Origin: a candidate division WS6 bacterium OLB20
GTDB lineage: Bacteria; Patescibacteriota; Dojkabacteria; B142; OLB20
Assembly (NCBI GenBank): GCA_001567355.1
Contig: JYNZ01000003.1
Location: 6,655 to 70,654 of the forward strand
Reading direction: 5' to 3'
Length of the DNA stretch: 64,000 bases
Of the stretch, positions 39,533 through 50,348 are shown in pieces. The notes beneath the pieces are model-generated. The model did no database searches and had not been told where the DNA came from. It saw only the letters and a list, made by a program, of their open reading frames with translations. The position numbers and the translations under genes were made by a program. The number at the start of each line of letters is the position of its first letter. Within the stretch, counting starts at the first letter, position 1.

Positions 39533-42500
39533 ATGTCTTCACAGAATTTCGTACATCTGCATCTGCACACAGAGTATTCGCTGCTTGACGGCGTTGCCAA
39601 GGTTAAGCCGCTTCTTGAGAAAGTAAAGGAGCAGGGGATGAACGCATGCGCCATTACTGACCACGGTGTCATGTACGGAGTATACGAGTTCTGGAACTAT
39701 GCAAAAGAACTGGGTATCAAGCCGATCCTGGGTTGTGAGATATATGTTGCCCACCGCACAAGGCATGACAAAGAGACGGGAGTGGACAATAAGCGCTACC
39801 ATCTGACCCTGTTTGCCAAAAACCTCACCGGCTACAAAAACCTGCTTAAGATTGTCTCAAAATCACATACAGAAGGCTTCTACTACAAGCCACGAGCTGA
39901 CCGCGAGCTTCTCGAAAAATATGGTGAGGGACTGATTGCGCTCTCAGGATGTCTGGCCAGCAACTTTAACCGGCATCTGGCTAAAGGCGAACGTGCCAAA
40001 GCCGTCGAATGGCTCTCGTTTCTTAAGAAAAATATCGAACATGTCTATGTCGAGGTGCAGCGTAACGGTATCAAAGAATCACATGACCTGATCCCGGAGC
40101 AGGTCGCAGTAGCCAAAGAACTCGGCCTGGAACTGGTTGCGACCTGCGACACACACTATCTCGAGCCCGAGGACCATAAAATCCAGGAGATTGTCTGGTG
40201 CATTAGCGACGGGCGCAAACTGACCGACCCGGAACGCAGACGGTACGGTTCGACAGAGTTCTATCTCAAAAACGCGGCCGAGATGCACAAACTCTTCCCG
40301 GATTATCCCGAAGCAGTTGAAAACTCGCAAAAGATTGCAGATATGGTCGAGATCTACAATATCGAGTTTGACCGAATCCAGCCCCGGTTTGATGAGAGCC
40401 TGGACAGCAAGAGTACCAGGGATCTTCTGTATGAACATACCATGGCAGGAGCAAAAAACCGCTACGACAAGATCACTCCCGAACTTCAGCAACGTATCGA
40501 TTACGAACTCGAGGTGATCCATGACAAAGGATATGACGACTACTTTCTCGTTGTTGAAGACTACATTAACTGGGCCCGCAGACAGGACATTCTTGTCGGC
40601 CCCGGGCGCGGTTCGGGTGCAGGCAGTGTTGTTGCATACTGTCTCGGGATCACCAACCTGGATCCGATCAAATGGGATCTCATTTTTGAACGCTTCCTCA
40701 ATCCCGAACGTATGTCGCCACCTGACTTTGACATCGATTTTCAGGACGACCGCCGGGACGAGCTGTTCCGCTACATGTCAGAAAAGTACGGCCGCGAAAA
40801 CACCTCCTTCATCGGCACATTCGGACGCCTGAAAACAAAGGCTGCAATCCGTGACGTTGCGCGCGTTATGGGTGTGGACCTGAGCATTGCAGACAAGCTG
40901 TCTAAAATGGTGATTGTCAAATTTGGGCGTGTACATTCCATCAAAATGATGCGTGAAGAGGTAAGTGAGTTTGATCAGATCATCAGGGGATCCAGCCAGC
41001 TTGAGGAGTTGTCGGGTTATGTAGGCAAACTTGAAAACCTTGCACGGCATGTTTCGATACATGCCTGCGGATACCTCGTCACACCCAGCCCGATTACAGA
41101 CTATGTACCGGTCCAGCTCGAGCAGAAAGGTGGTGACAAGATCATCACACAGATCGAAGGTCACAACCTCGAGCCGCTTGGACTGATGAAGTTTGACTTT
41201 CTTGGCCTGTCCAACCTGACCGTCATCGCCAATACCATCAAGCAGGTGAAGTATACCCACAACGTTGAGATCGATATTGATACCATTCCGCTTGATGATG
41301 AAAAAACGTTCAAACTCTTTCAGGAGGGTAATACAACCGGTGTCTTCCAGTTTGAGTCTGATGGCATGAAAAAGTATCTGCGCGACCTCAAACCCACCGA
41401 GGTAGAGGATCTGATCTTCCTTAACGCAGCGTACCGGCCCGGTCCGATGAAGTACATTCCTGATTACATCAAGCGCAAACAGGGTAAGGAACCGGTCAAG
41501 TATCCTGATCCAAGCCTTGAACAGGTCCTTAAGCCAACGTACGGTTTTGCCATCTATCAGGAACAGGTAATGAATATTGCAGTGGTCTTTGCCGGCTACT
41601 CACAGGGAGAGGCCGATATGCTCAGACGTGCAATGGGTAAAAAGAAGCCCGAAGTAATGGCCAAGGAAAAAGAAAAGTTTCTTGCCGGCGCCCAGAAACA
41701 GGGTCACAGTAAAAAAGTCGCTGAAGAAGTGTTTGCATACATGGAACCGTTTGCAGACTATGGCTTTAACCGGTCACACAGTGCATGTTACTCACTGATT
41801 GCCTACCAGACTGCCTATCTTAAGGCCAACTACCCGCTTGAGTTTCTTGCGGGTCTGATGGAGACAGATATCAACTCCTCAGACAAGCTGACCCGTGACC
41901 TGCGTGAGGCAAAGGCCATGAGTATTAAACTCAAGCCGCCCAGTGTCAATCACAGCTTCTACAGTTTCAGTATTGAAAACGGCGACTCAATCCGGTTCGG
42001 ACTTGGAGGTATTAAGGGTGGCGGCGAAAAAGCTATGAAGCGGATTGTCGAGCAGAGAATCGAACGTGGCGCATACACTGATATGCTTGATCTTGTCACA
42101 AGGGTCGGAAGCAGCAGTATTTCGCGCAAGGATCTTGAGGCGCTCGTTAAGGTTGGCGCATTTGATGAATTCGGCAACCGAAATCAGATGCTGGAGTTTA
42201 TCCCGTTTGTAACCGAAGCGGTCAGCCGCAAGGAAAAAAGCATGATGGGTGGACAGGGTTCTTTGTTTGGCGATGTGATCGAGCAGCATGAAGAGTATCA
42301 GGCCGAACCTCCCGAACTTCCCAGTGAAAGCGAAATGGACCGTCTCACATGGGAGAAGGAGCTTCTGGGTGCATATATCAGTTCACATCCACTCGACCGC
42401 TACGGTCACATGTTCCTGACAGGCGATGTCACTCCCTCAGAGCGTGCAAGGGGCCTGTCTGACGGGTCATCAATCAGAATGCTGGCCACAATCAGTGCAG

Positions 42501-42922
42501 CCAGGGTAATTTACACAAAGCGCGACAACAAACCGATGGCATTTGTAGAGCTTGAAGATATTGACGGCAAGTTTGACTGCGTCATGTTTACGAACGCATA
42601 CGACCAGCTCCGCGACAAACTAGGGGATCCAAACCCGGTAGTTGTGGTAGGCAAGGTCAGTTTGCGCAACGACGAGTTCAGCGTTATAATTGACGATCTC
42701 ATTCCCATTCAGGAGTACAACACGTCCGACGAGATAACTATAAGCATTCTCGAAGAGACAAATAAGGATCGTCTGCTGGAGCTGAAAACTGTGATCAAGG
42801 AAAATCCCGGGCACTTCAAGCTCAAGATCGTTTATGGAACGCCTATGAACCGGAAAGAGATTGTCAGAACTATTGAACCTAAACCTGATGTGCTTGCGGT
42901 AATAAACCGCTACCGAACCTGA
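39533..42922 (+). CDS. dnaE: DNA polymerase III alpha subunit
   Basis: PHP domain (HLHLHTEYSLLDG), polymerase core and OB domain in a 1129-aa uninterrupted ORF. Confidence 0.95.
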   Translation: MSSQNFVHLHLHTEYSLLDGVAKVKPLLEKVKEQGMNACAITDHGVMYGVYEFWNYAKELGIKPILGCEIYVAHRTRHDKETGVDNKRYHLTLFAKNLTGYKNLLKIVSKSHTEGFYYKPRADRELLEKYGEGLIALSGCLASNFNRHLAKGERAKAVEWLSFLKKNIEHVYVEVQRNGIKESHDLIPEQVAVAKELGLELVATCDTHYLEPEDHKIQEIVWCISDGRKLTDPERRRYGSTEFYLKNAAEMHKLFPDYPEAVENSQKIADMVEIYNIEFDRIQPRFDESLDSKSTRDLLYEHTMAGAKNRYDKITPELQQRIDYELEVIHDKGYDDYFLVVEDYINWARRQDILVGPGRGSGAGSVVAYCLGITNLDPIKWDLIFERFLNPERMSPPDFDIDFQDDRRDELFRYMSEKYGRENTSFIGTFGRLKTKAAIRDVARVMGVDLSIADKLSKMVIVKFGRVHSIKMMREEVSEFDQIIRGSSQLEELSGYVGKLENLARHVSIHACGYLVTPSPITDYVPVQLEQKGGDKIITQIEGHNLEPLGLMKFDFLGLSNLTVIANTIKQVKYTHNVEIDIDTIPLDDEKTFKLFQEGNTTGVFQFESDGMKKYLRDLKPTEVEDLIFLNAAYRPGPMKYIPDYIKRKQGKEPVKYPDPSLEQVLKPTYGFAIYQEQVMNIAVVFAGYSQGEADMLRRAMGKKKPEVMAKEKEKFLAGAQKQGHSKKVAEEVFAYMEPFADYGFNRSHSACYSLIAYQTAYLKANYPLEFLAGLMETDINSSDKLTRDLREAKAMSIKLKPPSVNHSFYSFSIENGDSIRFGLGGIKGGGEKAMKRIVEQRIERGAYTDMLDLVTRVGSSSISRKDLEALVKVGAFDEFGNRNQMLEFIPFVTEAVSRKEKSMMGGQGSLFGDVIEQHEEYQAEPPELPSESEMDRLTWEKELLGAYISSHPLDRYGHMFLTGDVTPSERARGLSDGSSIRMLATISAARVIYTKRDNKPMAFVELEDIDGKFDCVMFTNAYDQLRDKLGDPNPVVVVGKVSLRNDEFSVIIDDLIPIQEYNTSDEITISILEETNKDRLLELKTVIKENPGHFKLKIVYGTPMNRKEIVRTIEPKPDVLAVINRYRT

Positions 42923-43593
42923 TGCATACATTCAAAAAACACTACGGTCAGAATTTTCTTACAAACAGCAGGTTTGTAATCGAGCTTGTTGCGGCAGCAG
43001 AGCTGAATCCGCAGACACGTGTACTTGAAGTCGGTCCCGGCGACGGTGCAGTTACTGAATTTCTGCTGGAGCAGGCGCATGATGTAACATCTGTCGAGAT
43101 TGACACTGACCTGATTGCTCCCCTTAGCGCAAAGTTTTCGGATTACATCAGCAACGGACGCTACCGGCTGCTCAATGACGATATTCTGCGCTTTGACCCC
43201 GAAGTCTACTTCGGAACTGATCCCTACACAGTGGTAGGGTCTCTGCCGTACAACATTTCCAAAAAAATCATCTCACTGTTTCTGCAAAGCAGCCACAAGC
43301 CCGAAAAGATGTCACTCATTCTGCAGAAGGAAGTTGCAGTTGACTACGTCACACCCGCACCAAAAGCATCATTTCTGCATACAGTCACAGCACTTTATGC
43401 CGACTGCAGACTTGTCGAGACAATCCCGGCCAAGGCATTTTATCCCGAACCAAAAGTGGACGGAGGCATCATGACAATCAGTCCCGTTGCAGGGCGTTAC
43501 AGCCGGATGAAGGAACTGATCCGGTTTATCAAAATCGGTTTCAGTTCACCGCGAAAAAAAAGTCAGCTCAAATCTGAACAATGCCGGATATGA
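42922..43593 (+). CDS. rsmA: 16S rRNA (adenine1518-N6/adenine1519-N6)-dimethyltransferase, C-terminus probably truncated by a frameshift at the A8 run 43554-43561
   Basis: KHYGQNFL...VLEVGPGDGAVTEFL...GSLPYNIS motifs; the ORF ends about 40 aa short. Confidence 0.75.
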   Translation: MHTFKKHYGQNFLTNSRFVIELVAAAELNPQTRVLEVGPGDGAVTEFLLEQAHDVTSVEIDTDLIAPLSAKFSDYISNGRYRLLNDDILRFDPEVYFGTDPYTVVGSLPYNISKKIISLFLQSSHKPEKMSLILQKEVAVDYVTPAPKASFLHTVTALYADCRLVETIPAKAFYPEPKVDGGIMTISPVAGRYSRMKELIRFIKIGFSSPRKKSQLKSEQCRI

Positions 43594-43685
43594 TAAGACA
43601 CAGACAGAAGATTTCCTCGGGTCTGCCGGGCTGACAGCCTCAGCGCGGGCAGGTGAGCTGACACAACAGAACTGGATCAGTCTGT

Positions 43686-44864
43686 TTGAGCTTCATCATG
43701 GTTGAGTTTCAGCGCACTGATTCGAACAGAACGGCAACAATCCTGACTTCCCACGGAACCATTCAGACACCGGTCTTTATGCCGGATGCCACCTATGGCA
43801 CTGTGCAGGAGGTAAGCATGAACGATCTGGATACAATCGGCACAGAAGCGCTGGTCACTACCACTCTTCATATCGAACAGAAGCTTGGTGCTGAATATCT
43901 GAAGCAGTATGGCGGAGCACACAAGCTGTTTGGATGGAATAAACCGCTCCTGACTGACAGCGGCGGGTTTCAGGTGTTCTCCCTTATTCACCGCAACAAC
44001 AACAAACAGAATCTGATTACAGAAGCAGGATGCAGTTTTATCGACTACCGTGACGGCAGCTACAACTTTCTTTCACCCGAGCGTTCGCAATACGTCCAGC
44101 ACCTGATCGGATCTGATATGCGTGTTGTGCTCGATGAGCCTGTAATCGAAGACGACTCAGTCAGTACAATCACAGCATCGGTGGATCGCACAACCCGCTG
44201 GGCAAAACGCTCCAAACAGGCTTTTCTGCAGCTCAATGGCCTGACAGAAAAAGACTTTAACGATCCCCGGATACAACGTCCACTCCTGACAGCTGTGGTT
44301 CAGGGTGCAAATAGTTTTGAATTGCGAAAACGCAGTGCTGATGCACTGATCGAGATAGGGTTTGACATGTATGGATTTGGGGGTCTGCCACTGCGGAATA
44401 AATACTCCTGGAAGGAGGATGCCCCGAAAGGGTTTTACCACGAACTGATCAGTTATGTAGCTGATCTGCTTCCCCGTGACAGAATCCGCTACGGCCTGGG
44501 TATGGGGACCCCTGACGATCTCATTTACGCATACAGCGCCGGCTGGGATATCTTTGACTCGGTCCTCCCGACAAGAAACGCACGGCACGGATACCTTTAT
44601 GTATCAAAGGGCAGTGGAGATAAAAGCTATGGCAGCTATGACGTTCTGCATATAAAATCAGAACGCTACAAGTTTGACGACGGAATGATTGACCCAGGGA
44701 TGGATAATCCGCCATACCCGCAGGTCAGCAGAGCATACCTAAGACATCTGATCAGAATGAAAAGCGGCACAGGTATGCGAATAGCAACCATGCACAACCT
44801 GGCGTTTTATCAGCGTCTCATGGATTCACTCAGGAAGCAGCAGCCTGATCCTGCACGGACCTGA
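43686..44864 (+). CDS. tgt: Queuine tRNA-ribosyltransferase
   Basis: TPVFMPDATYGTV...LTDSGGFQVFSL and a C-terminal zinc subdomain. Confidence 0.85.
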   Translation: MSFIMVEFQRTDSNRTATILTSHGTIQTPVFMPDATYGTVQEVSMNDLDTIGTEALVTTTLHIEQKLGAEYLKQYGGAHKLFGWNKPLLTDSGGFQVFSLIHRNNNKQNLITEAGCSFIDYRDGSYNFLSPERSQYVQHLIGSDMRVVLDEPVIEDDSVSTITASVDRTTRWAKRSKQAFLQLNGLTEKDFNDPRIQRPLLTAVVQGANSFELRKRSADALIEIGFDMYGFGGLPLRNKYSWKEDAPKGFYHELISYVADLLPRDRIRYGLGMGTPDDLIYAYSAGWDIFDSVLPTRNARHGYLYVSKGSGDKSYGSYDVLHIKSERYKFDDGMIDPGMDNPPYPQVSRAYLRHLIRMKSGTGMRIATMHNLAFYQRLMDSLRKQQPDPART

Positions 44865-45381
44865 TTGCCTCACGGAACGCGTCACTGGTAAGAGTAGAAC
44901 CGCTTATCAGCTCCATGTCCTCAATACTGTCCAGCGACTGACCGACAACGATATCCTGCAGCTTGTCAGTAAACTCAGTCAGATATTCGTTTTCGACGAT
45001 TGCGCCATCTTCAAGCTGGACTATCTCAACGGATGCAATCTCGCCGTCACTGACTACAACAGTTACACCTACTGTCTCATTTGCCTCAACAGGCTGGACG
45101 TAAAAGGTGGCTTCTGCGTAATAGATGCCGTCCCGGTAGCTGACCTGTTCCAGCAGTGCTTCAGTAACTGTTGGTGTAAGTTCAACCTGCTGACCGTTCT
45201 GCGGGCGGTTACTCACCAGTGCAAGTCCGCCAAGCGCAAGAATCAGAACACCGCCTCCTGCTGCGACCGGAAGCACAAGGTTAGGCTTAGCGGCAGGAGC
45301 ATCCGCTTGCGGTTCCGGCTCTACCGGAGGTTGGGGTGGTGTGCTTTGCTGCATATCATCTGAATTATTCTGCATTGTCAT
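44830..45381 (-). CDS. FMN-binding domain protein (a probable ApbE flavinylation substrate)
   Basis: TM anchor, P/Q-rich linker, and an FMN_bind-type ISGSTLTSDAFREA motif. Confidence 0.55.
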   Translation of the reverse strand: MTMQNNSDDMQQSTPPQPPVEPEPQADAPAAKPNLVLPVAAGGGVLILALGGLALVSNRPQNGQQVELTPTVTEALLEQVSYRDGIYYAEATFYVQPVEANETVGVTVVVSDGEIASVEIVQLEDGAIVENEYLTEFTDKLQDIVVGQSLDSIEDMELISGSTLTSDAFREAIRSVQDQAAAS

Positions 45382-45404
45382 ATCAGGACAAATAAAAAAT
45401 AGTA

Positions 45405-46292
45405 CTAGCGGGAGAAATTGCCATGGTAGCCAGACGACCGGTAGCATCTCCCGTCTTCATATATTATCGCGAATTCCGTATCAGTTGATTCTGCAATAGC
45501 TTTGTATTTATCCGGATCGGATACAAACAAAGCAGTACTGACCGCGTCTGCCGTAGCAGTGGTTTCGGATTCCGTAAAGACTGCTGCAACACCGCGCTTT
45601 GGTCTGAATGTTTTCGTATCAATCAGGTGAGCGACACGTTTACCAGAGACAACTGATGTCCAGTAGCGCTTGTTTTGTGATGAACATGCTATCCCTCTGT
45701 TGGAAAGCGATATGGTTCCGATAAACTCGCGGGAATTAAAAGGGTTTTCAAGTACACAGGTGATCCTTTCGTTATGGTTTGTAGTTGCGTAAATATCCCC
45801 GCCGGCATTGATCACAAAGTACTGTATACCATTTGATTTCAACAGTTTTGCTACTGTATCCACGAGGTAGCCCTTACCAATCGCTCCCAGATCTATACTC
45901 ACACCGTCACGAAGTCTGATGCTTTCCGGTTCAAGCTGAACAAACGGCACACGAAGTTCCGAGTTGGACATATTTGCAACACGTTCCCTGAAGTCGTTTC
46001 CATACCCCTCTTTTACAAGTACGTAACAGACACTGAGATTGAATGCTCCACCTGACAGCTTGCGGAGCTCCTCGCCCTGTCTGCACATCTCAAACAGAGC
46101 TTGGGGCGGATTTGAAAACCTGCCTGTACGGTTGAGACGGTTTAGCAGGCTGTCCCGCACAAATCTTGAATAGTCACGCTGAAAGGAGAGAATTACGGAT
46201 GTCACTTCGGCCTGAAGCTCATACGGAAACTCATCGTCGTAAACGCGGATATACCAGAGTGTTCCAAGTGCCTCAAGGACAAGTCGGCTCAT
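45405..46292 (-). CDS. apbE: FAD:protein FMN transferase
   Basis: GAIGKGYLVD...NAGGDIY...IACSSQNKRYW...HLIDTKT. Confidence 0.8.
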   Translation of the reverse strand: MSRLVLEALGTLWYIRVYDDEFPYELQAEVTSVILSFQRDYSRFVRDSLLNRLNRTGRFSNPPQALFEMCRQGEELRKLSGGAFNLSVCYVLVKEGYGNDFRERVANMSNSELRVPFVQLEPESIRLRDGVSIDLGAIGKGYLVDTVAKLLKSNGIQYFVINAGGDIYATTNHNERITCVLENPFNSREFIGTISLSNRGIACSSQNKRYWTSVVSGKRVAHLIDTKTFRPKRGVAAVFTESETTATADAVSTALFVSDPDKYKAIAESTDTEFAIIYEDGRCYRSSGYHGNFSR

Positions 46293-46302
46293 TACATAGT
46301 GC

Positions 46303-47193
46303 TCAGAAGTCTTTATTAGATACTATATAACCTGCAATGCTTTGTCCATACGCTGCACTTGCATGATCGTCAGACGCAAGCATGACAATCTTCATTTTCA
46401 GATCGGCCAGCTCCGGTACCTTACTGATAGCAGGGTTTACTGTAAACCGGTAATCCTGCACCGGCACTCCCTCAGCTGCCTGAAGGATTGTATAGCCTCT
46501 GCCGCCGTAAGTCTCGTAGTAATCTCCGTGCGGTGCCCGATCTCCACGCCCGTAGACAAACAGATCAAGTCCGTACCTGTCACGGAAGTCACTGTTGGCG
46601 TTGTCCAGCAGAAAACCAAGCGTGCTGGTGCTCCAGCAGACACCCGAACCGAAGTAGTAGCCGTTTGCGGGTCGCACATACCCGTTGTTCCCGCGTATGT
46701 TGATGTATCTGTCACGCACAACCCCGATGCTCATCCCGGGTGTTAACACGGGCATTCTGTTGAGCCCCAGGACACCTGCAGCGGCATTCTCAAATTTTCC
46801 CTGATAGAAATCCTCATCCACGAGTGGCTGCTCGCTGAATGAGTTCTTATAGACCATGTCCGGGTCAGGAATGATCTCGTTCTGACGACCGTAATCAAAT
46901 TCAAAGTCCTCCCATACCTCATAGGAGTAATTGGTCACGACCGGCTCGATAACCACTGCAAAATTATCGTTTTGAGCCTCGACCCCCTCGGATTCGTTGG
47001 ATGCGGAGACCAGCCGTGCAGATGTTGATTTGCTGGGTACACGTCTGATACCCGATACTTCAGCAATGGCACGCAGAGAGGGCGAAGCCGGGATGCCTGA
47101 TTTGACGGTATAGAGTACAATGGAAAAAGAGAGCACAATAACTGCTCCCACAAACAGCAAATACGTGGCAATAGCTTTCATAGTCGCGTGCAA
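46303..47193 (-). CDS. Secreted hypothetical protein (VanW-like?)
   Basis: Signal-anchor N-terminus; the NGYYFGSGVCWSTSTLGFLL segment resembles the VanW core. Confidence 0.35.
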   Translation of the reverse strand: MHATMKAIATYLLFVGAVIVLSFSIVLYTVKSGIPASPSLRAIAEVSGIRRVPSKSTSARLVSASNESEGVEAQNDNFAVVIEPVVTNYSYEVWEDFEFDYGRQNEIIPDPDMVYKNSFSEQPLVDEDFYQGKFENAAAGVLGLNRMPVLTPGMSIGVVRDRYINIRGNNGYVRPANGYYFGSGVCWSTSTLGFLLDNANSDFRDRYGLDLFVYGRGDRAPHGDYYETYGGRGYTILQAAEGVPVQDYRFTVNPAISKVPELADLKMKIVMLASDDHASAAYGQSIAGYIVSNKDF

Positions 47194-47221
47194 TCTAGTT
47201 AAAATATAGCATAGCCATAGA

Positions 47222-49387
47222 TTGGTAACAATGCGTTACAAGGACCTGGCCTTTCAGCTTGCCAGCAAGTACAAACCGTCACCCGATCAGAAAAACGCAA
47301 TCAGCAGCCTCACTGCGGGTATTGCAGCAGGCGCACGTACGCAGACTCTTCTGGGAGTTACCGGATCAGGTAAGACCTTTACCATGGCGAATATTATTCA
47401 GGAGACCCAGAAACCTGCACTCATTCTTGCTCATAACAAGACACTTGCTGCACAGTTGTATTCAGAATTTGTCGACTTCTTTCCTGACAACGCCGTTGAG
47501 TACTTCGTCAGCTACTACGATTACTATCAACCTGAAGCGTATGTGCCACGACGGGATCTGTATATCGAAAAAGACTCTGACATTAACGAAACAATAGAAC
47601 GTTACCGCAGTGCCGCTACACAGTCTATTCTGACCAGAAAAGACACGATCGTTGTGGCTTCGGTCTCATGTATCTACGGCCTCGGGAACCCTGACGACTA
47701 TCTGAGTCTGTCCCGTCACCTTGTCACCGGTGACAGCTACTCGCGTGAAAAGCTGCTCCTGCATCTTTCTGATATGCAATATGAACGCAGTGAGTTTGAT
47801 TTTTACCCGGGGTTGTACCGTGTCCGTGGCGACGTCGTCGATGTCTATCTTGCCACTGGTGAGCAGGCACTCCGGATTGAGTACTTCGGGGATGAGATAG
47901 AAAGTCTCAAACTGATTAACGCAGTCAGCGGAGAAATCCTTGACCGTCCTGCTGAATTTACCGTTTTTCCGGCAAAGCAGTTTGTCACTCCCTACGAGGC
48001 ACTCAAATCAGTTATCCCGCAGATCGAGGAGGACCTGGCAAGGGAAACGGCCGCATTTAAGGAGCAGGGCAAGGACCTCGAAGCACACCGCCTGCAGCAG
48101 CGGACAAAATATGATCTCGAGATGCTTCAGGAAACCGGTTACACTTCAGGCATCGAAAACTATTCCCGCTACATCGAACGAAGAAAACCCGGGACGCCGC
48201 CATCAACGCTCATTGACTACTTTCCCGACGACTGGCTTCTGTTTGTTGATGAGTCACATATGACTCTCCCGCAGGTACGGGGAATGTACAACGGAGACCA
48301 GGCGCGCAAACAGACACTCGTTGATTACGGATTCCGCTTGAAAGCAGCACTTGACAACCGCCCGCTCAAGTGGGATGAATTCTGGGAACGTCTGTCTCAG
48401 GTTGTCTATGTTTCAGCCACTCCGACCCCGTTTGAGATCGAATCAAGCAACAGCAGCATCGCAGCGCTTGGGCCTGATGCAAAAGACAAGATACCCGAAG
48501 GCTACCGTGGTGTAGCTGAACAGCTGATCAGACCGACGGGGTTGCTTGATCCTGAGATATTCCTGCGTCCTGTGGATATCAGCCATGCCCAGACACTCGC
48601 TGCAGAGATACAGCGCTGCGGTTATGATGACATCCAGATCGACCCGGCACAGGTAGACAAAAATCAGATTGATGACCTGATCGTCGAAATCCAGAACACG
48701 ATTTCACGCAATCAGCGGGTTCTGGTTACTACGTTAACAAAGCGGATGGCTGAAGATCTGACATCGTTTCTGCAGGAGCTGAAGATCAGGGTCCAGTATA
48801 TTCATTCAGACATTGACGCTGTTGAGCGGGTGGACATTCTGAGGGATCTGCGACTGGGCAAATATGATGTGATCGTTGGGATCAACCTTCTGCGCGAGGG
48901 TCTTGATCTGCCCGAGGTATCACTGGTCGCGATTCTGGATGCAGATAAGGAGGGCTTCCTGCGTTCTAACACAAGTCTTATCCAGACGGTCGGACGCGCC
49001 GCGCGCCATCAGGAGGGAAGAGTTATCATGTATGCAGAACGTATAACCGGCAGTATGCAGCATGCAATTGACGAGACACGCCGCAGACGCCAGATCCAGA
49101 AAGAATACAACACAAAACACGGTATTACACCTGCAAGCATCCAGAAAGAGATTAAAGATATTCTCATCGGGCAGAAGGATGAACAGGAGCAATCCGAAAC
49201 ACGTGAGGGAGCAGTGAGTGAACAGCTCGTCAAAGCATCACAACAGTTTGCACTGATGGCTAAAAAGGAACGTACACGTCTGCTTCAGGAGATTGAAACC
49301 CAGATGCATATCTTCTCTGATATGCTGGAGTTTGAAAAAGCCGCACAGATGCGTGACCTGCTTGAGGAATTGCGATCCAGACGTTAA
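47222..49387 (+). CDS. uvrB: Excinuclease ABC subunit B
   Basis: GVTGSGKTFTMANII Walker A, beta-hairpin, helicase motifs and the C-terminal UvrB/UvrC interaction helix (EKAAQMRDLLEELR). Confidence 0.95.
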   Translation: MVTMRYKDLAFQLASKYKPSPDQKNAISSLTAGIAAGARTQTLLGVTGSGKTFTMANIIQETQKPALILAHNKTLAAQLYSEFVDFFPDNAVEYFVSYYDYYQPEAYVPRRDLYIEKDSDINETIERYRSAATQSILTRKDTIVVASVSCIYGLGNPDDYLSLSRHLVTGDSYSREKLLLHLSDMQYERSEFDFYPGLYRVRGDVVDVYLATGEQALRIEYFGDEIESLKLINAVSGEILDRPAEFTVFPAKQFVTPYEALKSVIPQIEEDLARETAAFKEQGKDLEAHRLQQRTKYDLEMLQETGYTSGIENYSRYIERRKPGTPPSTLIDYFPDDWLLFVDESHMTLPQVRGMYNGDQARKQTLVDYGFRLKAALDNRPLKWDEFWERLSQVVYVSATPTPFEIESSNSSIAALGPDAKDKIPEGYRGVAEQLIRPTGLLDPEIFLRPVDISHAQTLAAEIQRCGYDDIQIDPAQVDKNQIDDLIVEIQNTISRNQRVLVTTLTKRMAEDLTSFLQELKIRVQYIHSDIDAVERVDILRDLRLGKYDVIVGINLLREGLDLPEVSLVAILDADKEGFLRSNTSLIQTVGRAARHQEGRVIMYAERITGSMQHAIDETRRRRQIQKEYNTKHGITPASIQKEIKDILIGQKDEQEQSETREGAVSEQLVKASQQFALMAKKERTRLLQEIETQMHIFSDMLEFEKAAQMRDLLEELRSRR

Positions 49388-49932
49388 ATATAGCCCCGCT
49401 TAAAGACGGCATCCCTGGCGGCATTGATCTCGGCAAACAGATCACGCAACAGAGCAATAGTCGTGGACAGACTGAAGACCAGCGCAAAGACAAATACCCA
49501 CCAGTACGTAGCCCCGGTCAGAGCATTCAGCAGAATAACTGCTGTAGCAAGCCAGACAAAGATAATCCAGATGGCACCGGCATGATAGAGTTCATATGTC
49601 GTCTTCATCAGCGACAGCAGGTTGAACTTTGCCAGCATCGTTACTGTCTTGACATCGATATGCGTATCGTGGAGTTTCAGTGCAGAGACAAGGATAAATG
49701 AGAATCCCGTGGCAATCACTGCAAACATGAACAGATCAGAGTATGACGAGACGGTCTGAAGATCCTGAGCCGGTACCGCAGGCTGAAACGGCAGATAAGA
49801 GCCTCCCTGGGAGACCCCGAGTTCAACCCCGAACAGGGCTGAGACCACGTATACACCGAGCACCTTGCCAAGAATGATAAGCACAAGGGGCAGCAGCGCA
49901 TAATCAATGAGCTTGATAAGCGACGATGTCAT
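49384..49932 (-). CDS. Membrane hypothetical protein
   Basis: 182-aa polytopic ORF. Confidence 0.4.
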   Translation of the reverse strand: MTSSLIKLIDYALLPLVLIILGKVLGVYVVSALFGVELGVSQGGSYLPFQPAVPAQDLQTVSSYSDLFMFAVIATGFSFILVSALKLHDTHIDVKTVTMLAKFNLLSLMKTTYELYHAGAIWIIFVWLATAVILLNALTGATYWWVFVFALVFSLSTTIALLRDLFAEINAARDAVFKRGYI

Positions 49933-49979
49933 GGCTCATTCTAACTGTAATAGTGAGCGTTGAAAAGAAACGCCGGAGC

Positions 49980-50252
49980 TTATTTGGATGACTCGGAAGC
50001 TTTTACCTTTGCAGAAAGTCTTGACTTGTAGCGTGAAGCAGTGTTTTTGTGCAGAACACCTTTTTTGGCTGCAGTGTCAATCTCAGCATAGGCCTGAGGC
50101 AGAGAAGCCTTTGCAGACTTGACGTCTCCTTTTGCGAGTGCGTCTGTTACTGCTTTGCGTGCAGCCTTGTACTCTGTGCGTACACGTGCATTGCGTACTC
50201 TGCGGCGTTCGCTTACTCTCAGTGCTTTTTGTGCGGATGTTGTATTTGCCAT
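49980..50252 (-). CDS. rpsT: 30S ribosomal protein S20
   Basis: MANTTSAQKALRVSERRRVRNARVRTEYKAARKAV. Confidence 0.85.
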   Translation of the reverse strand: MANTTSAQKALRVSERRRVRNARVRTEYKAARKAVTDALAKGDVKSAKASLPQAYAEIDTAAKKGVLHKNTASRYKSRLSAKVKASESSK

Positions 50253-50348
50253 AGTGATTCAATAGACGATGCTAATTGTATCAGGGTGTTTGCCAATAAT
50301 CAAGCCCTGTCACTATCCTGGCAGCAGGACTTCTGCTAGAATCAACCT